The notes: generated by a model not told the origin, from the letters alone. A stretch of DNA of 64,000 bases from Candidatus Woesearchaeota archaeon (GCA_018661705.1 JABJHR010000009.1:29746-93745), one strand, 5' to 3'; shown: positions 17,744 through 27,963, counted from the first letter of the stretch. Numbers and translations: made by a program.

Positions 17744-18205
17744 ATGGGGGACGAGACTAGTATACAAATAATAAAGAGAAAACCAGCTGCTTCTGGAGAA
17801 GTTATTAGGAATGGTGAAACTAATATAGGCATGGTTATTACTGATTTAGAAATACAATATGGAGAATTGAAAAAAGAAGCAGAAGATGAAAGACTTAAAA
17901 CAGTTGCTTATTGGTTTTCACTTGGTGAAAAAGAAAAAGAGGGAAGATATAACCAACTTAAGAAACATACAAGTGATGAAGAACTTGATCAAGCCGGTGT
18001 TTTACCACCATATAATTTTTTCTCAGAACAACTAGGACCTGCAATAAGAGAATTTGTTAAAGAAGATCCTGTTGAATTTAAAAGAATAGCAGAACTTGGT
18101 TTTGAAGTAATTAAAGAGATGTATAAAATTCCTGTTAGTCAAGGAGCAACAAAAAGATTTATGATTGGCAAGGTCTTTGATCAATATTTTAGATTCCTTA
18201 TATGA
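17744..18205 (+). CDS. hypothetical protein
   Basis: 153-aa ORF. A TATA-like attatatttaaaa lies about 25 nt upstream. Confidence 0.45.
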   Translation: MGDETSIQIIKRKPAASGEVIRNGETNIGMVITDLEIQYGELKKEAEDERLKTVAYWFSLGEKEKEGRYNQLKKHTSDEELDQAGVLPPYNFFSEQLGPAIREFVKEDPVEFKRIAELGFEVIKEMYKIPVSQGATKRFMIGKVFDQYFRFLI

Positions 18206-18650
18206 AGATGATCTAAATAGATATGACGCAGAAACAGAAACAATGAAAACAGCAGCAAAAGAAAGAGAAGCAGAAAGAGAGAGAAAAAGAGAAGAAGAAG
18301 ATAAAAAATATCAATTATTAATAGCAAAAGAAAAAGAGGGTTCATCAGAGGAACAACCAGAAACAGAATTATCAGAGGAAGAAGCGCTTGAAAATGATCG
18401 TGCAATGGAACGTGCATTTGAAGATGCAATGGATTTTGGAATGGATGATCATTATCAAGAAATGCAACAATTAAGAGCAATAGATGATAGAGTACGTAAC
18501 AGAAATCAATTTCGTAGTGCTAGAACTGCTCCAGTATTACAATCATTTGGAACTGTTGACTTTATGGAATCATTAGAAGGACATACCAGAGGCGGCCACA
18601 GTGGTTATGTTACTGGACTAAGGTTTGATGTAGAAAAGACAGAAAAATAA
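18165..18650 (+). CDS. hypothetical acidic protein (start uncertain: TTG 18165 or ATG 18243)
   Basis: 161-aa ORF overlapping the previous ORF by 41 nt in the +1 frame. Glu/Asp/Lys-rich. Confidence 0.4.
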   Translation: MARSLINILDSLYEDDLNRYDAETETMKTAAKEREAERERKREEEDKKYQLLIAKEKEGSSEEQPETELSEEEALENDRAMERAFEDAMDFGMDDHYQEMQQLRAIDDRVRNRNQFRSARTAPVLQSFGTVDFMESLEGHTRGGHSGYVTGLRFDVEKTEK

Positions 18651-18710
18651 ATAAGTTTAATTTTCTTTCTAATAATAACATTTATAATAAAAGAATGACT
18701 AAATAGTTTC

Positions 18711-19319
18711 ATGTTAAAAATAACACCCTATCTTGGAATAATTATACTAATTGTATCAATAGGGGGATTATGGTTTCCCAAATTAGGTTATTTCTTGTTA
18801 ATAGTATTTGCTACATTATTAGCAATTGCTCCTTTTAGAGGAAGATGGTTTTGCGGCAATCTTTGCCCAAGAGGAAGCTTTAATGATTTTTGGTTAGGTA
18901 AAATAACTTTCAAGAAAAATATCCCTAAATTCTTTAGAAGTTTATGGTTGAGAATTCCTGTGTTTATTGCAATGATGGGATTTATGTTCTTCAGATTAAT
19001 TACAGTAGAAAAACTAGTTGACAAAATAGGGATGGTTTTTGTAATAATGTGCATTGTCACAACATTAATTGCAATTTTGTTTGGAATTTCTATTGCTCCA
19101 AGAACCTGGTGTTCATTTTGTCCTATGGGAACTGTACAAAACTGGTTAGGTAAAGGAAAATACACAATTAAGTTTGATAAATCTAAATGTATTGATTGTG
19201 GCATATGCAATAAAGTCTGCCCTATGCAATTAACAGTAAATCAAATAACACATAATCCTGATTGTATCAAATGTGGAAGATGTATATCTGCCTGTCCAAA
19301 GAAAGCATTAAAATTCTAA
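18711..19319 (+). CDS. membrane-bound 4Fe-4S ferredoxin-domain protein
   Basis: Several TM helices. CIDCGICNKVCP and CIKCGRCISACP cluster motifs. Confidence 0.7.
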   Translation: MLKITPYLGIIILIVSIGGLWFPKLGYFLLIVFATLLAIAPFRGRWFCGNLCPRGSFNDFWLGKITFKKNIPKFFRSLWLRIPVFIAMMGFMFFRLITVEKLVDKIGMVFVIMCIVTTLIAILFGISIAPRTWCSFCPMGTVQNWLGKGKYTIKFDKSKCIDCGICNKVCPMQLTVNQITHNPDCIKCGRCISACPKKALKF

Positions 19320-19347
19320 TCAGTTAGTAGAAAAAATTAAAATAATT

Positions 19348-19821
19348 TTAACATACAAATTCTTTCACATCGTCACTACAATAAGGACATCTTGCTGGTG
19401 CTTGTTTAACTGTATTATAAACAAATTCATATTTACATTTAGGGCATTTATATTTTACTTTTTCATCATCTAATCTTACTGCTCTAACTGCTTTTTCTTT
19501 TTCCTTTTCTCGTTCTATTAACTTTTTCCTGTATTCTTTTTCAATATCTACATCTTCTTCATTGGTTGTAGGGCTATTAGTAACGCCAATCTCTCCTAAA
19601 GAAGCATCTGATCTAAGAACTTCAATATTTTCTTCATTATTTGCATCAGCAACAACTAATTGTTCTTCTGTTTGTTTTTCAACATTTTTCTTTTGTTTAG
19701 ATTTTCTATCTCTAATACACATAGGGCATGCCATCATCTTATAATGATGATCTAGAACAAACTGAGAAGCTTCTACTGAACTACCACAGATCTTACATGT
19801 TACTTTAACTTCTTCTACCAT
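19348..19821 (-). CDS. zinc-ribbon protein
   Basis: CKICG..CPMC and CPKC..CPYC pairs separated by a charged linker. Confidence 0.5.
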   Translation of the reverse strand: MVEEVKVTCKICGSSVEASQFVLDHHYKMMACPMCIRDRKSKQKKNVEKQTEEQLVVADANNEENIEVLRSDASLGEIGVTNSPTTNEEDVDIEKEYRKKLIEREKEKEKAVRAVRLDDEKVKYKCPKCKYEFVYNTVKQAPARCPYCSDDVKEFVC

Positions 19822-19927
19822 TAAAACCTATAAGAAATTCTTATATTTAAATATAATTGTGATGTAATGGATAAGTATTATACAAACCAGCATTAACTTT
19901 ATAAATAACAACCCCTCAAAACACCCT

Positions 19928-20482
19928 ATGATCATCACATTATCAGGAAATGTTGCATCTGGTAAATCCACTATTGGGGATGCATTAGCTGAAAAATTAG
20001 GATTTAAGAGATATAGTTCTGGAAATTTTATGCGAGCAATGGCTAAGAAAAAAGGTGTAACTTTACAAAAATTAGGCAAAGAAGCAGAAAAAACCATCAT
20101 GATAGATAAAGAAATAGATGATATGATCATTAAACTCAGCAAAAAAGAAGATAATTTTATTATTGATTCAAGATTAGCATGGTATTTTATTCCACATAGT
20201 TTTAAAATTTACTTACATGTTGGGAAAAAAGAACAAGTAAGAAGGATGAAATTAGATTTAAGTAATAAAAAAAGAGGGGAAGAAGAAATTAAGAATGACA
20301 AAGACATTCTTGAAAAGATTAAAGAAAGAGAAGAAAGTGAAAAAGAGAGATACATGAAATATTATGGTATTGATTATCATCAAAAGAAATTCTATGATTT
20401 ATGGCTAAAAACAGATGAATTAACTATTGATACTTGCGCAGAAGAAATAAAAAAAGTTCTTAAGAAACAAAAATTACTTTAA
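19928..20482 (+). CDS. cmk: archaeal cytidylate kinase
   Basis: P-loop SGNVASGKST. Overall similarity to archaeal CMP kinases. Confidence 0.7.
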   Translation: MIITLSGNVASGKSTIGDALAEKLGFKRYSSGNFMRAMAKKKGVTLQKLGKEAEKTIMIDKEIDDMIIKLSKKEDNFIIDSRLAWYFIPHSFKIYLHVGKKEQVRRMKLDLSNKKRGEEEIKNDKDILEKIKEREESEKERYMKYYGIDYHQKKFYDLWLKTDELTIDTCAEEIKKVLKKQKLL

Positions 20483-21457
20483 TACAACAAATATATTCTT
20501 AACTAACGCATCTTTATCTTTAGTAATCTTTATTTTTGAATATTTTTTCTTGAAATCTTTAGAAAAGTTATCTACTATTGCTTTCTCTACAATATCAGTT
20601 TTACTTAAATAAACTAAGACAGGTAATTCTGGCCTCATTTTCTGCATATTTTCAAATAATTTAAACTGATTTTCAAAACTAAAGCTTTCTGTAAGATCAA
20701 AAACATAAACAACAACATCACAACAATGTTTCAATGCTAAGTTTGCTTGTTGTTCAATAGGATTCATTTTAAAGAATCTGTCTAAAGTTCCTGGTGTATC
20801 AATAAATTGTATTTTTTCTCTATCTGTTTTCAAATAACCCATGTTTAGACTTTTAGTTGTAAATGCATAATTCTTAATTTCAGGTTTTGCTTCAGTAATT
20901 TTAGCTAATAATGTTGACTTTCCCACATTTGGAAACCCAAAAAGACAAACTGTCTTAAGAGAAGTTTTAATTGCAGGATAATTCTTCATAACTTGCCTTG
21001 CTTGCTCTAAAATTTCCAGTTCAACTTTAATTTGTCTCAATACAGAACTAACTCTGCCATAATATTCTCTTCTAAATACATTAATTTTCTTTAAATCACC
21101 TGTTCTTTTAATTTTTGCTTTGTAATGATTGTAAAAATATTCATTTTTTCTTAATGCCCATGCTACCCCACCAAGAGATTTCTTTAATTTTGCATAGTCT
21201 AGAGTAATCTTCAATAATTTCAAATAAAACTCAGGTAAATCTTCTAAATGTGGGAATGAATTAAGAATATTCTTCATGTGTGAATCTATTGTATTATTTA
21301 CAGTATTAATTCGTTCTAGTTCAATAATCTTAGATTTTCTTAGTTTATCTCTTTCCTTTGTATCTCTAAGTGAATCTGCTTGTTTCTTTGCAGAGTTAAA
21401 TGCAAAATCTAAGTATTGTTGGTATGTTTCAACCTTGAGTAATTTTTGGAAATTCAT
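20474..21457 (-). CDS. Nog1-like GTP-binding protein
   Basis: N-terminal NOG1-type helical region, G1 GFPNVGKST, FTT, DTPG, SKTD. Confidence 0.8.
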   Translation of the reverse strand: MNFQKLLKVETYQQYLDFAFNSAKKQADSLRDTKERDKLRKSKIIELERINTVNNTIDSHMKNILNSFPHLEDLPEFYLKLLKITLDYAKLKKSLGGVAWALRKNEYFYNHYKAKIKRTGDLKKINVFRREYYGRVSSVLRQIKVELEILEQARQVMKNYPAIKTSLKTVCLFGFPNVGKSTLLAKITEAKPEIKNYAFTTKSLNMGYLKTDREKIQFIDTPGTLDRFFKMNPIEQQANLALKHCCDVVVYVFDLTESFSFENQFKLFENMQKMRPELPVLVYLSKTDIVEKAIVDNFSKDFKKKYSKIKITKDKDALVKNIFVVLK

Positions 21458-21500
21458 ATGGTAGAAAAAGAGGTGGGTGTTTATAAAGGTTTAGATCCGA

Positions 21501-21629
21501 AGAGTTATGAGTAATGAGTTCTGAGTCTTGAGTTGGTTATCAGTAAGTAGTTATAAGTACAGCTGTATTTTCTCAAAACTAATATACCCAAAACCAGCCC
21601 ATTACTACTTACCCAAAACCCATCACTAC
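21501..21629. repeat. R-family hairpin repeat, copy R4
   Basis: 21509-21559 matches R1 1700-1750 at 47/51 nt. Ends 7 nt from the stop of the 21636 gene. Confidence 0.8.
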
Positions 21630-21635
21630 ATTATT

Positions 21636-22175
21636 TTATTCACTATTATACTTAACATTTGCATGATATTCGCCCATGATATCTTTCACCATACGTTTCA
21701 TGCTACTAGCTACTTGTTCAATCTTTTGCTCTTTTTCATTGATATCATCTACTACTTCATTAAATACATCATATAGGTAGCCAACTGTTTGTGCATCATC
21801 ACCAGTTATTGGATCATCCCTTGCAGCATATGTTTTAATTTTATTATATAAATCAACTGCGCTATCAAAAGGATTAGCATATTTAATATTTTCTTCGGCA
21901 GGAATATCTGGAATTTTTTCTTTAGCAATAGTATCTTCTAGCTTTGGTGTAGTAAATTGTCTAATATCTTCAGGTGGTTTTGCTTCTGCAAAGGCCTTTT
22001 TAGTCATCTCTTGCTCAGCTTGTTTCAAGAGTTTGTCTGCTTCTTCCCCTTCTTCTTCTCTTTTCTTTTCCAGATCTTTAATCTCTTTTTTCCTTTCCAA
22101 TTCTAACTCTTTCAACTTTTTAATTCTTTCAGCTGGACTTAGCTTCATTAACTCATCTTTATTAAAATCAGCCAT
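21636..22175 (-). CDS. hypothetical coiled-coil protein
   Basis: 179 aa, charged heptad-rich N-terminus. No motif recognised. Confidence 0.5.
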   Translation of the reverse strand: MADFNKDELMKLSPAERIKKLKELELERKKEIKDLEKKREEEGEEADKLLKQAEQEMTKKAFAEAKPPEDIRQFTTPKLEDTIAKEKIPDIPAEENIKYANPFDSAVDLYNKIKTYAARDDPITGDDAQTVGYLYDVFNEVVDDINEKEQKIEQVASSMKRMVKDIMGEYHANVKYNSE

Positions 22176-22233
22176 AATAGGGTAGAAAAGTTAATTATAT
22201 ATAAAAAAGTTGTGAGACTATTATTATAAAATG

Positions 22234-22358
22234 GGGGTTGAAGTTCTAAGTAATAAGTTAGAAGTGGGTAAATAGTTTATAAGTAAGTAGTAGCGTCATA
22301 AACTACATACTAATTAACTTATAACCCACTACAAACTCAAAACTACTTACTTAAAACC
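22234..22358. repeat. R-family hairpin repeat, copy R5
   Basis: AGT-rich arm (gttctaagtaataagttagaagtgggt..ataagtaagtagtag) and ACT-rich arm ending aaaactacttacttaaaacc. Lies 7 nt from the stop of the 22365 gene. Confidence 0.7.
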
Positions 22359-22364
22359 ACAGAA

Positions 22365-23813
22365 TTACCAATTCAAACATTTATTTCTTTTCTTAAAGTT
22401 TTTATAAAGCTGCCAGACCGTACCAATACCATCTCCTTTTGCAGCACTTTTTTCTCTTTTCTCTTCTAACATATTAAGTTTAATTTCAGGATTTTTTCTT
22501 TTTCCTTTAATTCCAAACAATTCAGGAATTCCACTACCTAAAGAGAAAAAGGGATCTAATATTGAACCTCTTCCTTTTTTCCCAGACTTTTTATCTTTAT
22601 CAAACTGAACATTTTCACCTGCTTGTTGAAGATAATCTTCTAATTCATCACCTAATGCCTCCATTGCAGCTTTAACAGAACCATCAATTGTTGTTAACAA
22701 ATCAAGATCTTCTTTTTCTTTCATTTTTACATAGGCATCAATTTGTTTTCTTGTCCAAACATAAGATTTATACTGAATATCACACATTCCTGCATGTATA
22801 GGACCTTTTTGATACTCTTGTTGAAAAGACATTGTTGGTTTTGTTCTAAAAAAGATATAAGCAATAACAACAGTATAATATTTTCTATTTTGATAAACTG
22901 GCTTATCAAAATCTCTGAATTGTGGAAGTCTATTTATTAAAAGTTCAATTTCAATAACAGATCCTTCAAAAGCACTAATTAAATCAGGAGAATTTTGTCT
23001 TTCTGCTAATTGTAGACGCTGAATATTTCTTAAATAAGGTTTAACCCAAACCATATACATTTTAATAATATCAAAATGTTGTCTTAGATATTTCAAAGTA
23101 AATCTTCTTCTATTTTTTAACTCATCATGTGTTCTAACTTTCCACTCCATGAATGTTCTTAATTTTCTTTTCAAAACTTCCTTAACTTTCCTGTTAAAGT
23201 CTAAATTATCAACTACTTCATCAACATTTTCAATTTGTTTAGGATGAAGAGAGAAAAACAAATCAGGCAAAGATGTAAACTGTAGCTCCCGAGCCATACC
23301 ATAAACAGATGCTGGATTTTTTGCACCTTGCTCTACTAAATCAATCCAAATTCCCTTTAATGTAATTTCTGCACTTTCTCTACTTCTACTATCAAGTTTA
23401 AAACTATCATCATAATAACCTAATCTTTCATCTAATACCCTTAGTTCTCTAACTAATTGAAACAATTCTTTAACCATCTTACCAATTGTAGCTAAAAATT
23501 GAGAGACCTTATCTTGTTGTAGTCCTAAACGCTGTTGTGCGTTTCCAAAAAAAGATGATTGTTCAGAAGCAGAAAAGATATCAGTTATCTTTATAATCTC
23601 AACAAAACCTTGGCCTTGCTTAATCTCCTCTAATAACCAAAAATATTTTTCTTCTAATGATTGGTTAAATTCTTGTAAAATTACTCTTCTTGCTTTTATT
23701 GGTTTTGGAAATCCTGTAGGACCAACAACCTTTTGTCCAGCCTGATTTCTACCTAATTCAGCAATTTCCTCTTCAAAACCTGCATCTTCTAGTAATTTTT
23801 TACTAACTGGCAT
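22365..23813 (-). CDS. hypothetical protein (482 aa)
   Basis: Long ORF with an ATG start. No domain recognised by eye. Confidence 0.55.
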   Translation of the reverse strand: MPVSKKLLEDAGFEEEIAELGRNQAGQKVVGPTGFPKPIKARRVILQEFNQSLEEKYFWLLEEIKQGQGFVEIIKITDIFSASEQSSFFGNAQQRLGLQQDKVSQFLATIGKMVKELFQLVRELRVLDERLGYYDDSFKLDSRSRESAEITLKGIWIDLVEQGAKNPASVYGMARELQFTSLPDLFFSLHPKQIENVDEVVDNLDFNRKVKEVLKRKLRTFMEWKVRTHDELKNRRRFTLKYLRQHFDIIKMYMVWVKPYLRNIQRLQLAERQNSPDLISAFEGSVIEIELLINRLPQFRDFDKPVYQNRKYYTVVIAYIFFRTKPTMSFQQEYQKGPIHAGMCDIQYKSYVWTRKQIDAYVKMKEKEDLDLLTTIDGSVKAAMEALGDELEDYLQQAGENVQFDKDKKSGKKGRGSILDPFFSLGSGIPELFGIKGKRKNPEIKLNMLEEKREKSAAKGDGIGTVWQLYKNFKKRNKCLNW

Positions 23814-23892
23814 TTTTCCCTCTTTTTTGTAATATATATACTTAATATCTTACCTATTTATTTATTTTTCTTATTTATTCATGATTATCCAG

Positions 23893-24147
23893 CTATTTCT
23901 TATACAAAGCAATAACTCCACCTTGAAACAATACTAATTCTGCCTCTGATTGTTTTACAATCTCTTTTGCCATTTCTTTTCTATTTTGGCTATCCAAGCA
24001 TGATTTCAACAATTTAATCTTAATAAGCTTATGAGATTTAAGTTGTTGAATAATTTCCTTTAAAACAGATTCATTTAGCCCTGCTTTCCCTATCCTAACA
24101 ATTGGATCAATTGCTTTTGCTTTTTGCTTTAGTTGTTTTTTATCCAT
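23893..24147 (-). CDS. YhbY/CRM-domain RNA-binding protein
   Basis: 84 aa. IVRIGKAGLNESVLKEI...LIKIKLL pattern. Confidence 0.7.
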   Translation of the reverse strand: MDKKQLKQKAKAIDPIVRIGKAGLNESVLKEIIQQLKSHKLIKIKLLKSCLDSQNRKEMAKEIVKQSEAELVLFQGGVIALYKK

Positions 24148-24162
24148 TTTTAATTATGCCTC

Positions 24163-25941
24163 TTAATAATGTGAATGATGAAGTTCATCACTAATATGTC
24201 TATCTTCTAGGAAGTGATCTTTATGTTTGTTTAACTCTTTTATATGTTCTCTTCTTTTCCTAGATAATTTACCGAGATTACCATTTCCTAATAAAAAGGA
24301 AATATAATCACCACCAAGGAAATTTGGCAAAATAACATAATCTGCACCTTGTTCATATAATAATAATGCTTCACTAATTTTATTTGCACAATCAATAATT
24401 AATATCTTTTTATTAAGACGCTTTGCTTCTTTAATTAATAATAAAGACGTTTCTACATTTCTAATAGTATTAATCAAAACTTTAACTTTCTTAAAATCAA
24501 GATGTTCTACAATCTCTTCATTAGTAATATCACCATACATAACTGGGACTCCTTGTTCTTTTAATTTACTAACTATTCGTGGATTATAATCAACAACTAA
24601 AGGATATGTTTTTTCCGCCATTAATTTAGTTAAAATACTTCTACCAATCCTATCACAACCACATAAAATAATATCACTATTCTGTTTTTTATAATGATGC
24701 TTTGTTTTATGCAAATGTTCAGATGCTTCAATGAAACCTAACATGTGACCTATTTTCCTATATAGACTAAGTTGTCTATCCATAACATAAGTTGTAATAA
24801 TGATGGTTACAATTGCAAGCATTACAACTAAAGAAAATGCTTCTCGTGAAACAAACCCAAGAACCATCCCTTGGGATATTAATATTAATGAAAATTCACT
24901 TACTTGCGCTAAAGATGTACCTACTTTAAATGAAGTATATTTTCTATAACCAAACGACCCCACAATCAACATAGTTAAAAATGGTTTTAAAAAAGTAATA
25001 ATTAATAATGATGCAATAAAAAAAGGCATAAATCCCATTAATCCTTCTAATTGAAGTTGCATTCCTAAGCTAACAAAGAATAATGTAGAGAAAAAGTCTC
25101 TCAAAGATCTAATTCTACCAATAATTTCATAATTATAAGGTAAATTTCCAATTATGATTCCTGCCATGAAAGATCCAATTACAATTGAAAAACCGATTCT
25201 ATGAAAAACAATACTAAATAAGAAACAAACACCAAGTGCTGTTAAAAATAATAAATCTTTAGAGTCTGCAACAAATTTAAAAACTCTCGGAAGTAAAAAA
25301 TCACTAAGCAAAACAAGAACCACAATTGTAATTGTAGCAATAAATAATGAAACAAACAATACTGAAAATGTGAAATCAGAGATTGTTGTTAATACAAACA
25401 ATGCTAATATCGCCACTAAATCTTCTACTAACAAAAATCCAATAATTATTTTCCCATGTAAACTTTCTAAATCTTTTTTGTCAGACAAGGATTTAATAAT
25501 AACCATCGTACTTCCAAAAACAAAGATAAATGAAAGGTAAATAGCTTCAACTCCTCTAAAGCCAAATGCTACTGACATGAAAAATCCAATTCCTATGAGT
25601 AACAATATATTAATCATAGCACCATAAGATGTAACTTTATCAACTTCTTTAAATCCTTTTAAATTTATTTCTAACCCTACAATAAATAATAATAATGCAA
25701 TTCCAACTTCTGATAATGTTGTAATTAATTCATGATTACTTATAACACTAAAACCCACAGGAATATGAAATAAGTTTGTAATAAATGGTAAGTTTGCAAA
25801 AAAAGTAACCCCCGGCCCAATAATTAGTCCTGCAACTATGTAAGCCGGGATCATTGGTTGCTTAAATCTTTTTGCGAGAAGTGCAACTAGCGTAGCTACA
25901 ATAATGATTACACCAATATCCAGGAATACGTTTTGTGCCAT
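24163..25941 (-). CDS. Kef-type monovalent cation:proton antiporter (CPA2) with C-terminal TrkA-N domain
   Basis: About 12 TM helices followed by a Rossmann-like ILCGCDRIGR segment. Confidence 0.85.
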   Translation of the reverse strand: MAQNVFLDIGVIIIVATLVALLAKRFKQPMIPAYIVAGLIIGPGVTFFANLPFITNLFHIPVGFSVISNHELITTLSEVGIALLLFIVGLEINLKGFKEVDKVTSYGAMINILLLIGIGFFMSVAFGFRGVEAIYLSFIFVFGSTMVIIKSLSDKKDLESLHGKIIIGFLLVEDLVAILALFVLTTISDFTFSVLFVSLFIATITIVVLVLLSDFLLPRVFKFVADSKDLLFLTALGVCFLFSIVFHRIGFSIVIGSFMAGIIIGNLPYNYEIIGRIRSLRDFFSTLFFVSLGMQLQLEGLMGFMPFFIASLLIITFLKPFLTMLIVGSFGYRKYTSFKVGTSLAQVSEFSLILISQGMVLGFVSREAFSLVVMLAIVTIIITTYVMDRQLSLYRKIGHMLGFIEASEHLHKTKHHYKKQNSDIILCGCDRIGRSILTKLMAEKTYPLVVDYNPRIVSKLKEQGVPVMYGDITNEEIVEHLDFKKVKVLINTIRNVETSLLLIKEAKRLNKKILIIDCANKISEALLLYEQGADYVILPNFLGGDYISFLLGNGNLGKLSRKRREHIKELNKHKDHFLEDRHISDELHHSHY

Positions 25942-26000
25942 TTTAATTATCGTTTGTTATTTGTTATTTGTTGTTTGTCGTAAATTTTGATTACTACCAA

Positions 26001-27467
26001 CTACATACAACTAACTTCCAACTTTTTTATTATTTTCCCTATTTCTTTCAATAAGTCACTAGCAATTAATCCATTACCAACAACTTTCTCCACTTTATCT
26101 CCTGCTAAACCATTTACAAAAGCAGCAGCGCATGCAGAGTTAAACAATCTTTCTTCATTACTCAAATTACTTAATGAAGATTGTGCATAGAAACCTGCAC
26201 ACAATCCAGCTAATACATCTCCTGTACCACCTACGGTCATTGCAGGATTACCAGTATAGTTTAACTTAATTTTATCTTTATATGCAATAATATCTGGGTT
26301 TCCTTTAAGTAAAATTACATTTTGTTTTGCATATTTTCTGATCAATGCAATTTTTCCATTCTTTCCTTCAAGTTTCGTAGGCAATTTACTACCAGTCAAC
26401 ATTTTAAATTCTTTTGCATGAGGAGTTAGTATACAATCTTTAACATCCTTAATTTTAATTGCTTTTAATGCATCTGCATCTAAAACAAAGGTTCTGGCTT
26501 TAGCTTTCTTCAAAAGTTTCCTAAGAAACTTATCTGAAGATCTACCAAAACCAGGACCTACTAATAACACCTTTTTCCCGACAAACATTTCCAATACATC
26601 TGCAACATGGCTTTCACCAAAGCATCTGCATGGAAACTTATTAATTATTAAATCTGGCAAATATTTGTGCATTACCCATCCAACATTTGAAGGAGCAGCA
26701 ATTTCTATAATGTCTGCACCTGTTCTTAATGCAGCTAATGAATTTGCAACTACACTTACAGCTGCTTTTGTCATTAATACAGATGCTCCAGGATATTCTT
26801 CTGAGCTAGCAACAACTAAAATCTTACCATAGTCATTTTTATGTGAATTTTGTTTTCTTTCTACAACAATTTCTTTTAGATTTCCAGGCCCAACTCCATA
26901 AATTGCTTTTTCAGGAATACCTATTGGAATAATTTTAGTTTTAAAGCCTGTTAAACAAGGTTTAGTATCATGTAATGTTAATACTAAATTTGATTTAACC
27001 GAGAACCCCTTCCCGCTTTGATTTAATCCACTAGGAATATCTATTGAAATTTTGTAAGTATTTAGTTTATTAACTTTTCTTATCACTGAAGCATAGGGTT
27101 CCTTTACTTTTCCTTTAACTCCTGTTCCTAATAAGCAATCAACAATAACATCAAAGTCTAGTTTGTTTGTAAATTGTGATTTCTTTAGTTTTTTATAATT
27201 AGTTAGAGCTTCTTTCTTCAGTTTCTTTTTTTCTCCAACAAAATAAACTTTACAGTTTAGATATCTTGCAATAACAAATCCATCCCCACCATTATTACCA
27301 TGTCCTGCAACTACTAAAACATCTTTGGTGTTAAGTTTTTTTGTTTTCATTATTTTTTTAATATAATTGGCACTATTTTTACCAGCATTTTCCATTAACT
27401 TTATTTTAGACACTCCAAAGTATTCAGAGTTGTCTTCAATTTGTTTCATTTGTGTTGTTGTTATCAT
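26001..27467 (-). CDS. nnr: bifunctional NAD(P)H-hydrate repair enzyme Nnr (epimerase/dehydratase)
   Basis: YjeF-N GHGNNGGDGFV. C-terminal carbohydrate-kinase motif GGTGDVLAG. Confidence 0.9.
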   Translation of the reverse strand: MITTTQMKQIEDNSEYFGVSKIKLMENAGKNSANYIKKIMKTKKLNTKDVLVVAGHGNNGGDGFVIARYLNCKVYFVGEKKKLKKEALTNYKKLKKSQFTNKLDFDVIVDCLLGTGVKGKVKEPYASVIRKVNKLNTYKISIDIPSGLNQSGKGFSVKSNLVLTLHDTKPCLTGFKTKIIPIGIPEKAIYGVGPGNLKEIVVERKQNSHKNDYGKILVVASSEEYPGASVLMTKAAVSVVANSLAALRTGADIIEIAAPSNVGWVMHKYLPDLIINKFPCRCFGESHVADVLEMFVGKKVLLVGPGFGRSSDKFLRKLLKKAKARTFVLDADALKAIKIKDVKDCILTPHAKEFKMLTGSKLPTKLEGKNGKIALIRKYAKQNVILLKGNPDIIAYKDKIKLNYTGNPAMTVGGTGDVLAGLCAGFYAQSSLSNLSNEERLFNSACAAAFVNGLAGDKVEKVVGNGLIASDLLKEIGKIIKKLEVSCM

Positions 27468-27573
27468 TTTGAGATGTTTTGAAAATAAAATGCTTGAAAG
27501 GCAGCTAATTGATGAGTTTTCGCCAAAAAACCAGTACTATTTCGCCGGACCACCCTCCAAGCATTGAGTGTGA

Positions 27574-27849
27574 TTATTTCTTAACCTCCATTTCTAGGAG
27601 TTGTTTAATTTTCTTCCACAATAATGAATTATTATTTAATTCAATAATCTTCAAATTCTTCTTCTTCCTCTCTGTAACTAATTTGTACTTTTTGAATAAT
27701 TGAACTGCACTGTGTACTTTTCCAGGAGAAATATGAAGAATATCAGCAATGTCTCGAATATGAACAGATTCTTTAGATAGAAACATCAATATCTCAATGT
27801 TTTTCTTAGTAAAAATTTCGTGAATCATATCAATTTTCATAATGTTCAT
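27574..27849 (-). CDS. small winged-helix transcriptional regulator
   Basis: 91 aa. ..VHIRDIADILHISPGKVHSAVQLF.. HTH-like segment. Confidence 0.5.
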   Translation of the reverse strand: MNIMKIDMIHEIFTKKNIEILMFLSKESVHIRDIADILHISPGKVHSAVQLFKKYKLVTERKKKNLKIIELNNNSLLWKKIKQLLEMEVKK

Positions 27850-27907
27850 TATTTATAAACCTTTCGTTTTCTAACTAAATACATTTTGATCTTTATATAA
27901 AAACATA

Positions 27908-27963
27908 TTGTTCTCTGCTAAAATACATAGTGTTCAGATAAAGTGAACAAGTGTAGAGAACAA
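27908..27963. promoter_or_regulatory. nested inverted repeats in the divergent regulator/ADH spacer
   Basis: TTGTTCTCT (27908-27916) pairs with AGAGAACAA (27955-27963). Inside them are TGTTCA (27931-27936) and TGAACA (27944-27949). Confidence 0.3.

Noticed and set aside
18197-18206. Programmed +1 frameshift joining ORFs 17744..18205 and 18165..18650.
   Set aside because: The sequence CTT ATA TGA lacks a recognisable slippery or hungry-codon context such as CUU UGA C or CUU AGG C, and there is no stimulatory SD-like element. Two separate genes or an indel are more likely.
21528-21776. Track ORFs 21528..21776(+) and 49832..50017(-) both begin MSWLSVSS.., suggesting a conserved small protein.
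   Set aside because: They are translations of the R-family repeat (copies R4 and R6). The similarity stops where the repeat stops, and each overlaps a better-supported gene or spacer.
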